Below, one piece after another: positions 15,806 through 27,800 of a stretch of 64,000 bases of DNA; position 1 is the first letter of the stretch; each line of letters starts with the position of its first letter. The notes under the pieces are model-generated. The model did no database searches, was not told the origin of the DNA, and saw only the letters and a program-made list of their open reading frames with translations. Both the position numbers and the translations under genes were made by a program. This stretch comes from Klebsormidium nitens (Eukaryota; Plantae; Klebsormidiophyceae): positions 48,224-112,223 of the forward strand of contig DF237234.1 of NCBI GenBank assembly GCA_000708835.1, given 5' to 3'.

Positions 15806-18800
15806 ATGGTCAGCAAGGAGGACGTTGAGGAGCTCATGGAGAAACTCTGCTCTGAGAAGGCGAAGGTCCGTAAAGATGCAATCAAGGAGCTTAACAGCTA
15901 TCTTAGCGGCTCTGGAGGGGGGGACTTCATTGCATGCCTAGACCAAGAGTCTGCAAGTCTTTATGACAAGCGAGTCCGCATTCCAGCTGCCTCCTGGCCG
16001 GGCGTGTTGCAAGCCCTTTGTCAATGCATACTCACAGAGGTCTTGGCAGCAAAGAAGAGGCCGCCAGAAACCCTTCTGGCGAAGACGTTCAAGCTGTACA
16101 TCCAAAAGGCGGAGGAAACCAAGAGGGAGGGAGGAAGGTTGTTTTTGTGGAGAAAGGCAATGATGCTCTTTGGGCACATAGACAAAATCCTTCCAGAAGC
16201 GCCTTCTTTTGTGATGGACTACGCCGCTATCCTCCGTCAGTTGCTTCAAATCCGAGAGTACAGGTTGGTCACCACAACCTCAACTCAGGATTTTGCGCAA
16301 ACTTCTTTCATGGTGGTGGTATGTCAAGACATGTATTCCAAGCAAACTCGCAAGCTGCGCAACTCTCACTGCATCCCCCATAACATCGCTGTCTTACCAG
16401 GGATTTCCGTCAGACCCAAGCGTAGAAACTGGTTTCCTCCGTGCCTGTGCTGCCAATCTCTTAATCCACTATCCATATCAGCCTGCTTCTCCTTGATATT
16501 TCTGGCAGCTCTTCTTTTCAAACTTTGTTACAGGCTACAGATGGGCAAGAAGACCTTCCACAACCTTGTGGACTTCTTCATGTCAAAGGCTATTGATCTA
16601 GCACATGGAAGGTTGCCTCGCACGGAGGAAGGGTTCAGAAACATTGCCACTCTCCACATGCTCCTCCAGGTAAGCTATTTTTGAGGCCTGATGAATTTGC
16701 AGGAAAGAAAAGTTTCTGACTTTACCAGGTTTCATTTCATGGTCAACAGGCAGCACCATTATTTCAAGACTAGTGAAGTGTCTGATGAGAGCAGGTATCG
16801 CTCATACGTTCAGGTCTAGAAAGATGGTAGACGAAACTTGACTCGCTCAGGCAGAAGACTTGCTGTTTTGGATGATAGACGAGGAGTCCAGATCACTCAA
16901 TCGGGAAAACCATGTTTGAGTCCCTCTAATGTTTAGGACGACGACAGTGTTTGGGTAAGACAATTCGACCATCACTTGTGGACTTCAAGTAGAGTCCCTC
17001 ACGAAACCGAATGATATATATCCTTGCCTGCAGCATCCCCCTCGAGACCTGCCCGAAGAAGTGCGCGACGATGTCTTCGAAGGCTTCACTCGCATGTTCC
17101 CCAACCTCAAAGATGATGGCCGCTACTCCGAGAAGATGCTAGCAGCCCTGAACGCGTTTCTTCTCTCTGACGGCCTTGACCTAGGGGACGATGCTGCCAG
17201 ACAGCACGCGGAAGTCCACACTTTTATGCACTCCACCTGGCTTAACACCACCGAACGGCGCATGAAGGCGACTCTGGTGGCATATGCCCGGTTGCAGATG
17301 CAGCTCCAGGGGTTTCAGTTGATGGAGGACGAGACGGGGGCTCTGTCAGACCTGGTAGACTTAGTCAGCAAGGACCTGGACCAGGGGGACGTGGGTGTCT
17401 CTGGCCGGGGTGCCGCACTGGGGGCGCGGGACAAACCCCATGAAGAGCAGCTTGGCGGTGTGCAACCTCACGTGCGCTGTCTTCTGGAACTGGCCGCTGT
17501 GGTCTTCTCGGAAGCCGCTCGGTTCTCCTACGGCCCCGAGGAGGCAAACGGCTCCCGGAAGAGGCGCAAGAAGCAGCCAATTCTCGAGCAAGTGCTGGAA
17601 AACACTTTGGCAGGGAAAGGCAGCTGGCCGGGGGCCTTTTGTCTCTTGGTGCACAGGCGCCATGCATTTCTTCCTCGAGAGACGCTCCTCAGCTGGCTGC
17701 AGGCGTTAGCGGGGGCTCTCCCTGGATTCATCAGTGCTGCCTCTGCAAGTCGCGCACCCGAGCCACTAGCTTGGATGTTACGGTGTATAGTGGAGCTCGC
17801 CGCCAAATGGCCCGTAAAGTGGGAGGGCAACTCCGAGAGGCCGGCAGCAGAAGTTCGGAGCGAGGGGGCAAAGATAGCCAGCACTTGGGGGTCGATTTGG
17901 GAGGCAGCAGTCGATCTTCTCCTCCACCAGGCAGCCGTTCCGATGCTATCCGAGGGGACCTTGCGCCTCTTGGGGTGCCTAGCAAGCAGAGGCCTTGTAG
18001 AAGCCGTGACCGCACCCCCCGAGCTGTTTGAGCTCAGAGTCTTCACCGAGACCTGCACCCACAGTGCCGTCCATTTCGTCGCAGCCTTCTTTTCGGCTTT
18101 GGGGCCTCACTTCACAGAGCTCGGGCCCGAGCAGGTGGCGCAGCTGCGATCGCGGCTTTTAAGTTGGAGCTTGCAAGTTCTGTCACCTAAGACGAGCACT
18201 GCCCGCGGCAAGCTGAGTGGTCAGACCCACGTCGATCTCGTCTTACTCCAGAGCGCCCTCTTAGCACTGGCCGCGGGCTTCAGCAGCCAGCCAGACTCCC
18301 CCGACCCTCCTCCTCAGCAGCCGTACTGGGAACGGACAGCGTGGTGGAGCCCTGCGGACGAAACCGAGCGAGCGATGGAAGAGGAGATTGCCTCACTCGA
18401 CCGCTCAGGCCGTACCCTGGCGTGCTTCGCATCGCAACTAGCTCCGTCCCACAACTTTCCCCGTTCGCACCCTGGAAAGGGTCGGCTTCCGGGGCTGCTG
18501 ACGGCCAGGCTGATGAGCGACGCGGCTGGCGCCCTGTCGGAGGTGGTTCTGGGTGCGGTGGAGCAGTCGAAGCAGCAGCCCGACCCCGTGTTCCTGCTGG
18601 AAACGTGCGCCGCGTGTGCGCGGTGCCTGGATGAAGTGGAGGCAGCCTGCAAAGACGGGTGAGAGACAGAACCAACACGGATTACGGCCTCACCTTCAAG
18701 CCCCTAAGTAGTTTTTTTGTCAGAACGGGCCAGTCGTTCCGTGTGCTCTATTTTGCTAGCCTTCTATCTTGGAAAGCACAAATTGAGTGGGACTTCTGCC

Positions 18801-21800
18801 GTCGTCTTGCCCCAGCTCTCGTCGTACCACAGAATTCCTAGGTTGGTCGAATAAACTGCGTTTTGTCACAAGTCTACAGCTTTTGAGTAAGCTTTAATTT
18901 GACATCGCCATTCGACGGGCGAGAAACTCTCAGCCACTTATGCGGCATTCAATAAGTTGTCTTCAAACATCACTGAGACACAATGTTTGAGCCCCTGCAG
19001 TTCCATGCGCCCCCACCCTTCCTGGGGCCCCGGCGGCCCCACCCGTCAAGCCCTGGCCTGCGCCCTCGCTACCTGCACCGCCATCCTCAACGGTTCACTG
19101 GCTCCAGCGGGGACTCCCGGTCGCAGCGAAGACGGCGCCTCCGCAGCCGCTCAGAAGCACTTCACACCGCAGCTGGCCGCAACTCTAGAGACACTCGTCG
19201 CGGCTTCGGACAGTGCGGTTCTGACATCGGAAGAAGGTGGAGCGGAAGACGCGCATGAGTCGGAGGCTCTTCTCGACGACCTGGCGAGAGCGGTTCACGA
19301 GGGGTTTATTGCTGCAACAGAGGCAGAGGACGCAGCGGAGGGGTTTCAGGGTGTGGCGCCGATGCAAGAGGACGGGGCTGGGGTCGCTCCGACAGTGCCC
19401 GACCGCATTTATGACGACGATCTAGACGTGGGAATGGAGGCGGGCTCGGCGGCCGCGGCCGCGGATGCGATCGGAACCGTGGCTAGTGGTTCTGCCGCTC
19501 TACGAAGCCGAGGGGGAAACGCTATGGAGGAGTTTTTTCACACCCGGAGGCTTGCGTGTGTCAGAATGATGGCGGCGCTGGGGCGCCGGCGGCCGGTGTT
19601 CGTGGCGGACAAGGTGGGGCGGCTGTTGCGAGACGAGAAGAAAGGAGAGGTGCGCGCGCAGTTGCTCTCCGCTCTGTGCGAAATGATGGGCCCAGAGACG
19701 GTCAAGCACCTGCCGGTGGTCGTTACGGCGCTGGAGGACTCGCGCGAGGGGCTGGCGCTCAGTGAGGAGTCCCGGGTGGCGCTGCTGCGCAACGTGGAAA
19801 CTCTTTCGGCCCGGCTCGCCTCGGAGGAAGTCCCCGAGCAGTACTTTGCGCGGGTCGCGGCGATGTTCGGCGTGGTGCTCGACGAGAAGATGGGGCTCCA
19901 CCACTGGCGCTCGTACTGCCAGCTGGCAGACGCCCTCGCGGCGTTCATGCAAGTCAGCCTGTCCGCGTCCGAGCCGTACATCGACGCGCTGATGGCCCTG
20001 ATGAAGAGCCCGCACTACCGGGTGCGCCGACACATGGCGCGACTCGTTCCCAAGCTGTTGGCTAGCTTTCGGGACGAGGTCGTTCTGGACGAGATCATCG
20101 ACCGAGTCGGGGTGCCGCTCCCGGTCGTCGGCAACCAGCGGCTGGTCACCTTCGCGGAGGTCCAGGCGTCGGAAGGAAGCCCGTCGGCGTACGGGGAAAC
20201 GGCAGTCCTGATACTCGCCGAAGCAGCGGCGGCTAGCGAGGTGGTGGAGCCGGAGACCGTCTTCATGTTGTGCGCGCACGGTGCGGCGCACAAGGAGCAC
20301 TGGGACCTGGTCGCGGCCGTGCTGGACTGCTTGGCCCGGCGGCTGGGCTACTCCGACCGCCACCTTCTCCTGGAGCAGCACCTCCCGGGGCTTCTGTCAA
20401 AGTGGGTGGCGGCCGGAGTGCCGTTGATGTCATTGGTTGCGTTCCGAGGGGTTCTGCACGGGCCCGGCAGCCCGCGAGAGTTCCTGCTCTGGTGCATGGA
20501 CCGTCTTTTGGGACCCCTGCTGTTGGCGGAGGACTTCGAGCAACTAGAGCGGGTCGCGGAGCTGGCGGGGGAGCCCCTGCCGGCGCTGCTGCGACAGCAC
20601 TTCGCCACCGTCTTTGCAACGATCAGCGCGGTGTACTGCGAGGAAGACAACTCCGAAGAAGACAGGGAGCGGCTAACCGGGATCCTGCAATCGTCGATGC
20701 TGGAGGCGATGGAGATCACCGAGGCGGAGCGCGACGACCTGCTGAAGCGGTTCGGAGCCAGCGTCGTGACTCAGCTGCTCGCGCTCACGAGCGCCGCGCA
20801 GCAGCCGCAGCCGCCGTTTCATTCCGGCCGGGTCATCGGCGAGGCGATCTGCACCCTGGTCGACGGTATGATCCTGCAAGAGGAGCGGCATCCGCACAGC
20901 ACGCTGCAGGACACGACGCAGATCCTGCGTGCCGACAAGACGTTCCGCGTGTTGCTACAGCTGCACCTGTGGCTCGAACGCGCGGCGAGCCCGCGGCACA
21001 AGCGGGGGCTCCTGGCGGGGCTGGGAGTGCTGGTGAACGTGTTGGGCCAGCGAGTGACGATTCCAAGCACGTTCCGCTACATGGCACACATCGTGCTGCA
21101 GCACGTCACCGAGCGCGCACTGCAGGTGAGGGTGTCAATCGACGGTGTCCGTTGTCGCAGGATCCCATTGGGGCGGTCGACGAGACATAAAGAGCTTTGC
21201 GCGGAGGGTTCGCATGCTTACAGTCACACGCCTTGACCTTCGTGTTATGTGCGGATTGGAAATAGCAGTTCTAGCAGGCAATGCGGCCTTCCCGCTCCCC
21301 TTTGTCCCAGGGTCATCTTATCGGGTTTTTTAAATGGACATCGGGTCCTCTAAAAGGACATTTGAGTATACTTGATACATAGTAGGACGATCTAGGATAT
21401 CTGAAATGGTGCTCCAAGGAAGGATGCTTTGAGCCAGAAGGTATTTTAGAACACTCAAAACACAAGAAAGCTATTGTAAAACGGATGCATCAAATTCCTT
21501 GGACCGCTTGCAGGCCCAGTGCTGCGAGCTGCTGCGAGCACTTCTGGACCAGATGGACCTCGAACCGGACGAGGGGACAATTCAAACCCTTGGCGACCAG
21601 CTCCAGTTCATCGTCAGCAAGCTGGTCTCGTGCTGCTTCAAAACGCCCCTCGAAACCCCGCTTGAGCCCAGCGAGGGCGACCAGGAAGAAGAGTTCACGG
21701 CAAAGGAGTCGCCCCTCGTCTTCGAGCTGCTGCGGCGGCTGACGGTAGACGCGCCAGCAGAGCTGCACGAGTACATCCGCGACTTGGACCCGTTCCCGGA

Positions 21801-24800
21801 CCTGCCGGTGTTCGAACCACTGCGGGAGCTGCACGCGGAGCTGCGCACTGGCGTCTCGCTGGCGGACGACTTCGTGCACTTCGTCGACCGGGCGGCGCTC
21901 CTGCCACCGCAGGTACGTGCCAGCTCTGCTGGCCCCGCTGGTGCTTCAAGTATAGCCTGTCAGATTGTCTGATCTATCTTCAGGCGGCAGGGCTTTGGTT
22001 GCAGGTGCTTGCCCCTTCCAAAGTTCTTCAATCGTGGTTCGGAGGTGCTTCCTCTCAGCTTGCACTCTCGTTGCGCCTCCGAATTTGGCACCTAACCTGA
22101 TTCGTTCCTTTTCGGATGTACTTGGCCGAGAACTTGACCCTATTGCAACTTGGAGGGTTTCATTGCTCTGATAACCTGATGCTCAGAAGACGTACATTCT
22201 TCCCCCCAGGTGCGCGCTCGCAGCCTAGTCAGCCTGCGGGAGCAGTTGCAAGCGCGCAGGGCGGAGCTTTTCGTCAAGCGCAAACGAGAGGTGGGCAAGG
22301 AGGCAGAGTGGCAGTGCCGGCCGGACGTGGTTGCGGCCGCGTGGCGCCTGGTTCAACAGTGCGACCAGCAGGACAACGCGGAGATGCGTGACGTGGCGGG
22401 GGCGTTCCTAGCTGCTGTGGGGTTGGGGGATGCCCGGGCCGTTGCTTTTCATCCTCCTGTCACCACCCCACAAGAAGCTGCCAACTCCAGGAAAGGGCCC
22501 GCTAAGCCGGCCGAGACGGAACAAAGAAGCCCCCGGGGGAGCACTCCTGGGCCAGCTACTGAGGAGCCGACCAGGGGGGTGAGCGTAGATGCGGCGATCG
22601 GGGTGTCCGACTCGGTCGTCCGGGAGGTCCTCGAGCTGCTCCAAGTGTACCTCCTCGACGATGACGTCAGCACCATCTCAGCGGTGGCGGACACGCTCAA
22701 GGGCCTCCTGGCAACCGACAAGGGCGCGGCGGTGTTGGAGTCGCTCCCGCCTGCCGAGCGCGCGTATCTGGACGTGCACACGCGGGGGGTCAGCCTCGCG
22801 CGCGCGAACGAGATGCTGCGGAAGTTTGCGGAGGAGTCGGCTGCGCTGGCGGGGGATGTGGCGGACCCCGAGGTGTGGCGGCCCGAGGGAAAGACGCACG
22901 AGCAGTGGGTGTCGCGATTGGTGCACGCGCTGATCGAGCGCGTAGACGACGGCACGCTGCGGCTGTGCCAGCCGATGGCGCTGCGGAAGGGACCCTTTGC
23001 GGAGCTGCTGCTGTCGCACGTGCTGGGGGCAATTGCAGCGCAGGAGGGGCCCGAGGGGGAGCTGTACGAGACGGTGTCGCGGATGGTGCAGGAGTGCGTG
23101 CTGGACGAAAGCAACACGAGAACGCGGGCCATTCAGGTGGGTAGAGGCACTTGGTGCCAAAAAAGGGTACTCAGAAAAGAAGTTGAGGTTACGAACTTCC
23201 ATATTTTGAGTTGGTCCTTACTACAAGCGTGACGTCCAAGGCACTTTGTTAGTCATCTTTTGTACTTGGACCTGTTCCTGTCTTAGGTAACGGCGAGAAA
23301 GGTCGATTGGTCTGGCAGCATGGAAGCCGTATCTTGAGGGCTGCTGAGCTCCTCATATCCTGTTGTCAATGTTCGCTGCTAGCTAAGTAAAAGCAGAATT
23401 CCGACCCTGTAACGGGCCCTCGTTTGGTTTCGAGCCTCGCTGATTGGATAAAACTTGCACGCTAAAGCTTTGCTCGCACCCTGCAGGTAATGTTGGAAGC
23501 GTTGAACAGCCTCCGCCAGTGCCACGTGCGCGCCGGCCTGGCCATCCCCGACAGGAAAGCCTCCGGCCGCCCCGCCTCCGCCCGGTCCAACGACGCGTCC
23601 TCGGGCCCAGGTTCCGAAGACCCACTCTCCGACGATCTTCCGTCTCCCCTCGCCTGGCCGCGCGTCTACTACTTCGACGTCGACTATCTCGCCGCCGCCA
23701 AGGCAGCCCAACAGTGCTCTGCGTTTTTCACTTCTCTCCTCTACGTCGAGCACTGGTGCGAACAGCAGTTCGGGGAGCTCACGTTGGGCGCGCCGGACTT
23801 CTCGGACGAAGATCAGGTCCCGTTGCACGAGCAGCTTCTGCTGAACGTGTACGCGAAGGTCAACGAGCCGGACGGGATCTACGGCGTGGCGCGCACGCAC
23901 AAGGCCGCGTCGCAGCTGCGCCTCTACGAGCACGAGGGCAGCTGGGGCAAGGCGCTCGGGGCTTACGACGACCTGCTGCGGAGTGACGTTGGCTGGGGGG
24001 GGAGCGGCGCCGGGGGGGGACTGCGAGGGCAGGCGCTTGGCAGCCTCCAGGCGGACATCTTTAGCCAAGGCGGGGGAGAGGGGTTCGGTGCGCGGCGAAA
24101 AGAGGGTTCGCGCGAGCAGCAAGCATTGGTGCTCCAGAAGGGGCTGATGCGCTCGCTGCAGCAGATGGGCTGTCTCACGGTTCTCGACACGTACTGGCAG
24201 GGCCTCTCGGCGCAGAAGCGCGGGGCGGTCGTCGACCCGGAACTGGTCGAGCTGCAGTACGAGAACGCGTGGCGGATGGGCCAGTGGGACCTCGGGAGCC
24301 TTGCCCCGGGGGAATCCCCCGGGTACAATGCGATGCTGCACGGGGCGTTCAAGGCGCTCGGGGAGGGCAACAGGGAGGCGTTCCAGGGGGGGCTGACTTC
24401 AGCGCGGCAGGGCCTCGTGCGGGGGATCGCGCACACCAGCGCGGAGAGCACGCAGAGCGTCAACCCAGCGATTGTGCGGCTGCAGATTCTGGAGGGGATG
24501 GAGGAGGCCTGGGAACTGAAGTGGCCCGGGTCGGGTCAGACTACCGGGGTAGAGGCAGCCGCGGGACTGGCCCGCCCGACGGACGAGCAAATGGAGGGGC
24601 TGGAGGAAGGGTGGCAGGAGCGGTTGAAGCAGGTCAGGCGCTGCTTTGAGACATCCTGGCTGAGTCGTCTGTAGAAGTTGCGAATGTCCTCCATTGTCAG
24701 CCTGATGCTTTCGTCGAACAAGATGACTCCTCAAAAAGCGGGATCAAATTTGGCCGCCAGGGTCTTGAATTTAGTTGTATCGAGCCGGCGCTTGAGATTC

Positions 24801-27800
24801 TTCCGGGAAAGTGTTCATTCCAACGGCTTCTGGCATGTTTCATATGGCATGTACAGCCTTCGCTAACCAATTCTGGAACTTGCGGCCTTTATTTTACATC
24901 CTCCGTCTTCCCGGCAGGTGCGTGGCCACTTTGAGCTGCTTCAGCCGCTGCTAGAGGTGCGCGGCAAACTGCTGGAGTTATTGCAGCGCGCCGACCGCCT
25001 CCCCGCGCACTTCCTCGAGCTCGCGCAGACTGCCCGCAAGGCCGGCCACCTCTCCGCCGGCGCCGGCGCGATCCATCACCTCAAGACCGTCGCCGCGCGC
25101 CTCGCTGCGGAACCGGAACGGAACGGAACGGAACTAGAAGCGGGGCTCCTGGTCGCCGGACGCTCGGAGGAGGCCAAGATTCTATGGGCGCAGGGCCAGC
25201 GCGAGATGGCGGTGAATCTGGCAACGTATCTCGCCGGAAGAGCGGAACAGGGGCCCGAGCGCGCGCCGCTGCTGACGCTGGCCGGGAAGTGGCACGCCGA
25301 GACGCGCTCGGCGAGCTCACGTGTGATTCTGGACGATTATTTGCTGGAGGCTGCGGGGCTGTACATGAAGCCGGGGCCAAAAGGCCCAGGGTGGAAGGAG
25401 CGGCGGGCGCGGACGTACTTCCGGTGCGCGCACTATGCGGACACGCTGTACAGGTACGCATGTATGAACACTCCTCATTCCTGTCTGTCCTTATGCGTTT
25501 GTTTCTTGTCGTCCGTTTTCGATTTGTGATGGATCTTTAGGGGACTCAATTGCTCGCTAATTTTGACATGCAATGTCATCTAAGCTCTGGTGGCCTGCAG
25601 AATTGTCTGGACAGCGGCCATCGGAGGCGTCCCTTACACAAGTTAGGCATGCCGGTTTCGCTCTCGCTCATATTCCGGGACTTGAGAAGATTGAGGGAAG
25701 GATTGACTTCCCACATACTCTGCCGAAAAGCGTTTAGCAAGCTTGTCTCTCTCTTTGTGCTTGCTATATCTCGACTTCACCTCTCGAGAGATACACTGTT
25801 CGCGGAACCTGCCAAAACATGTTCTGAAGCATTCATTTATGGAGACGAAGCAGCCAAACTTTTCCCTCTGGCCCTCCCTTGCCCATGATCGCCGCCTGTT
25901 CATGCTCTCAGCCTGGTCTGCCGCTCATTGCCCAGCTCTTCTTCCCTGCAGAAACTACGAGCTCCGCACCAAGTCTGCGGAATACCAGGCGGCCGCGCAC
26001 CTGCGGCGGCTCAAGACCGCAGAGTATGACAGCATTAATAACCGGCTGAAAGGCCCTCTCAACGCGGACGACAAGCAGGCGTATAAAGTCAAAGCGAGCG
26101 AGCTGTACAAGCAGCTGCTGCTCGACCAGCAGCAGGAGGCGCGCTTCCAGGCCGACAAGGACGAGTACCTGCGCGTCGCGCTCAAGTGCTACTCGTGAGT
26201 CGGCTGTGCTTTCCACGACGTCAGGATTCGAGATGAGTACGGCTTTGGCTTCAATGGTTTGCCGTTGGTAGTAGGCCGGTGGTGATCAAACGGGTTTGAG
26301 GCGCATCTTACTAAAATCCGGGCAATCCACGTGTTTTGGCATTATTCCGTGTGAGGATGCGCGTGTTAGGTTTCCCTGTAGAATCTGCAGCACATGTGGC
26401 TTTCTTGGCAGGACATGTGGCCTTAGCAAGACCGATCGCAGCGGTCGCATCCATGCAAGAGCATTTAGAAGCCGCCCAAGAGCTGACCCACCCCCCTTGC
26501 CCCCTGCGCAGCACGTGCCTCCGTTCTGGCGACAAGTACGACACGCGCAGCGTGTTCCGGCTCATCGCGCTCTGGTTCAGCCTCGCGCACGACGACGCCA
26601 CCAACGCGCAGCTGGCGGCCGCGGTGCGCGAGACGCCGTCACACAAGTTTCTGCCGCTTGTATACCAAATCGCGTCGCGCATGAGCAGCTCGCAGACGGA
26701 GGAGAAGTCATCGTTCCAGACGGTGCTGCAGGACCTGGTACTCAAGCTGACGTCAGAGCACCCGTACCACTCGCTCTACCAGGTGAGCCGTGCTGACGGG
26801 AGACAGCGCTGACCTTGGAGTTTTGCAGCAAAGATGTTGAGGCGTTGGCGGCTCGGCGTTTCTGACGATCTACTCTGCTTTTGGGGGAACGATGCTGTGT
26901 TCTGACCGAGAGTTCGTTGAAGGAGGCCGCATGCGCGTCCCCTGCTTGCGTGCTTGAGGCCTCCCGCTTTTCGCTTCCCCGTTTTCCATCCCTCTCATCC
27001 TCCTCCATATTGTCTCGTTGGATGACAACATTGGAGGACGACGACGTTTGCGTAGCTTCTCTGACGCTCTGCCGTCTCCCCATGCTGACGAAGATCATGG
27101 ATCCTCCCCCTTGGATACCCATCAAGTTTAATGCCCATAAGGATGTGATTATTATAAGGAAGTACTCGGGGCAGAAACCTAACTAAAAACCCTAACCAAC
27201 AAACATGGCCCGCTCCGCACCCGAATCCACCCTAACCACCATACCAACCTCACCCGTTCCCCGGGCTTGTCTTATAGCTCTTAGATCCTTATCAGCATGA
27301 AAACTTTATCCTTATCCCCTTGGGCAGGTGCTGGCCCTGAAGCACGGCGACCGCGTCAAGGACGTCCAGCGTAATCGCCACGTGTTCGTGGTTGACGTGG
27401 AGAAGCAACGTGCTGCGGAGGAGGTCTTACGCCGGCTGCCCGCCCGCCTGGCGCCGCTGCTACAGCAGGTACCCCGCATTTCTTCTCTTTTGTTTCTACT
27501 CTCTAGGGCTTTCCTAGTCAGTAAAGGGTGTGATGTCGTCAGTTCTCTAGGCATTTCTTCTCTTTCGTTTTTACTCTCTCGGGCTTTCCTAGGCATCGAA
27601 GGGTGTGACGTTGTGAGCTCCCCATGTTGGGACTGGCCCCTTACCAGCCCGAGGGTTTTTGAAACCTGCCTAGTAAGGGCTTTTGGCCTGCATCGCTTGG
27701 CGGTGTGAAAGTGAGGGAAATCATCCACTGCTCGTCGCTGTGATACTGTTGCGCGTGGCTTTTCCGAAATACCGAAACGTGGATCACGGGCGGCAGTTGG

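Noticed and set aside
17361-26200. Numerous 100-300 aa antisense and alternate-frame ORFs over ATM
   Set aside because: Expected shadows of long GC-rich exons, which have few stops in other frames; no independent motifs or splice signals.
27186-27240. Telomere-like aaaaccctaa / accctaa motifs in an ATM intron
   Set aside because: Two isolated units, not an array; insufficient for an interstitial telomere or functional telo-box claim.
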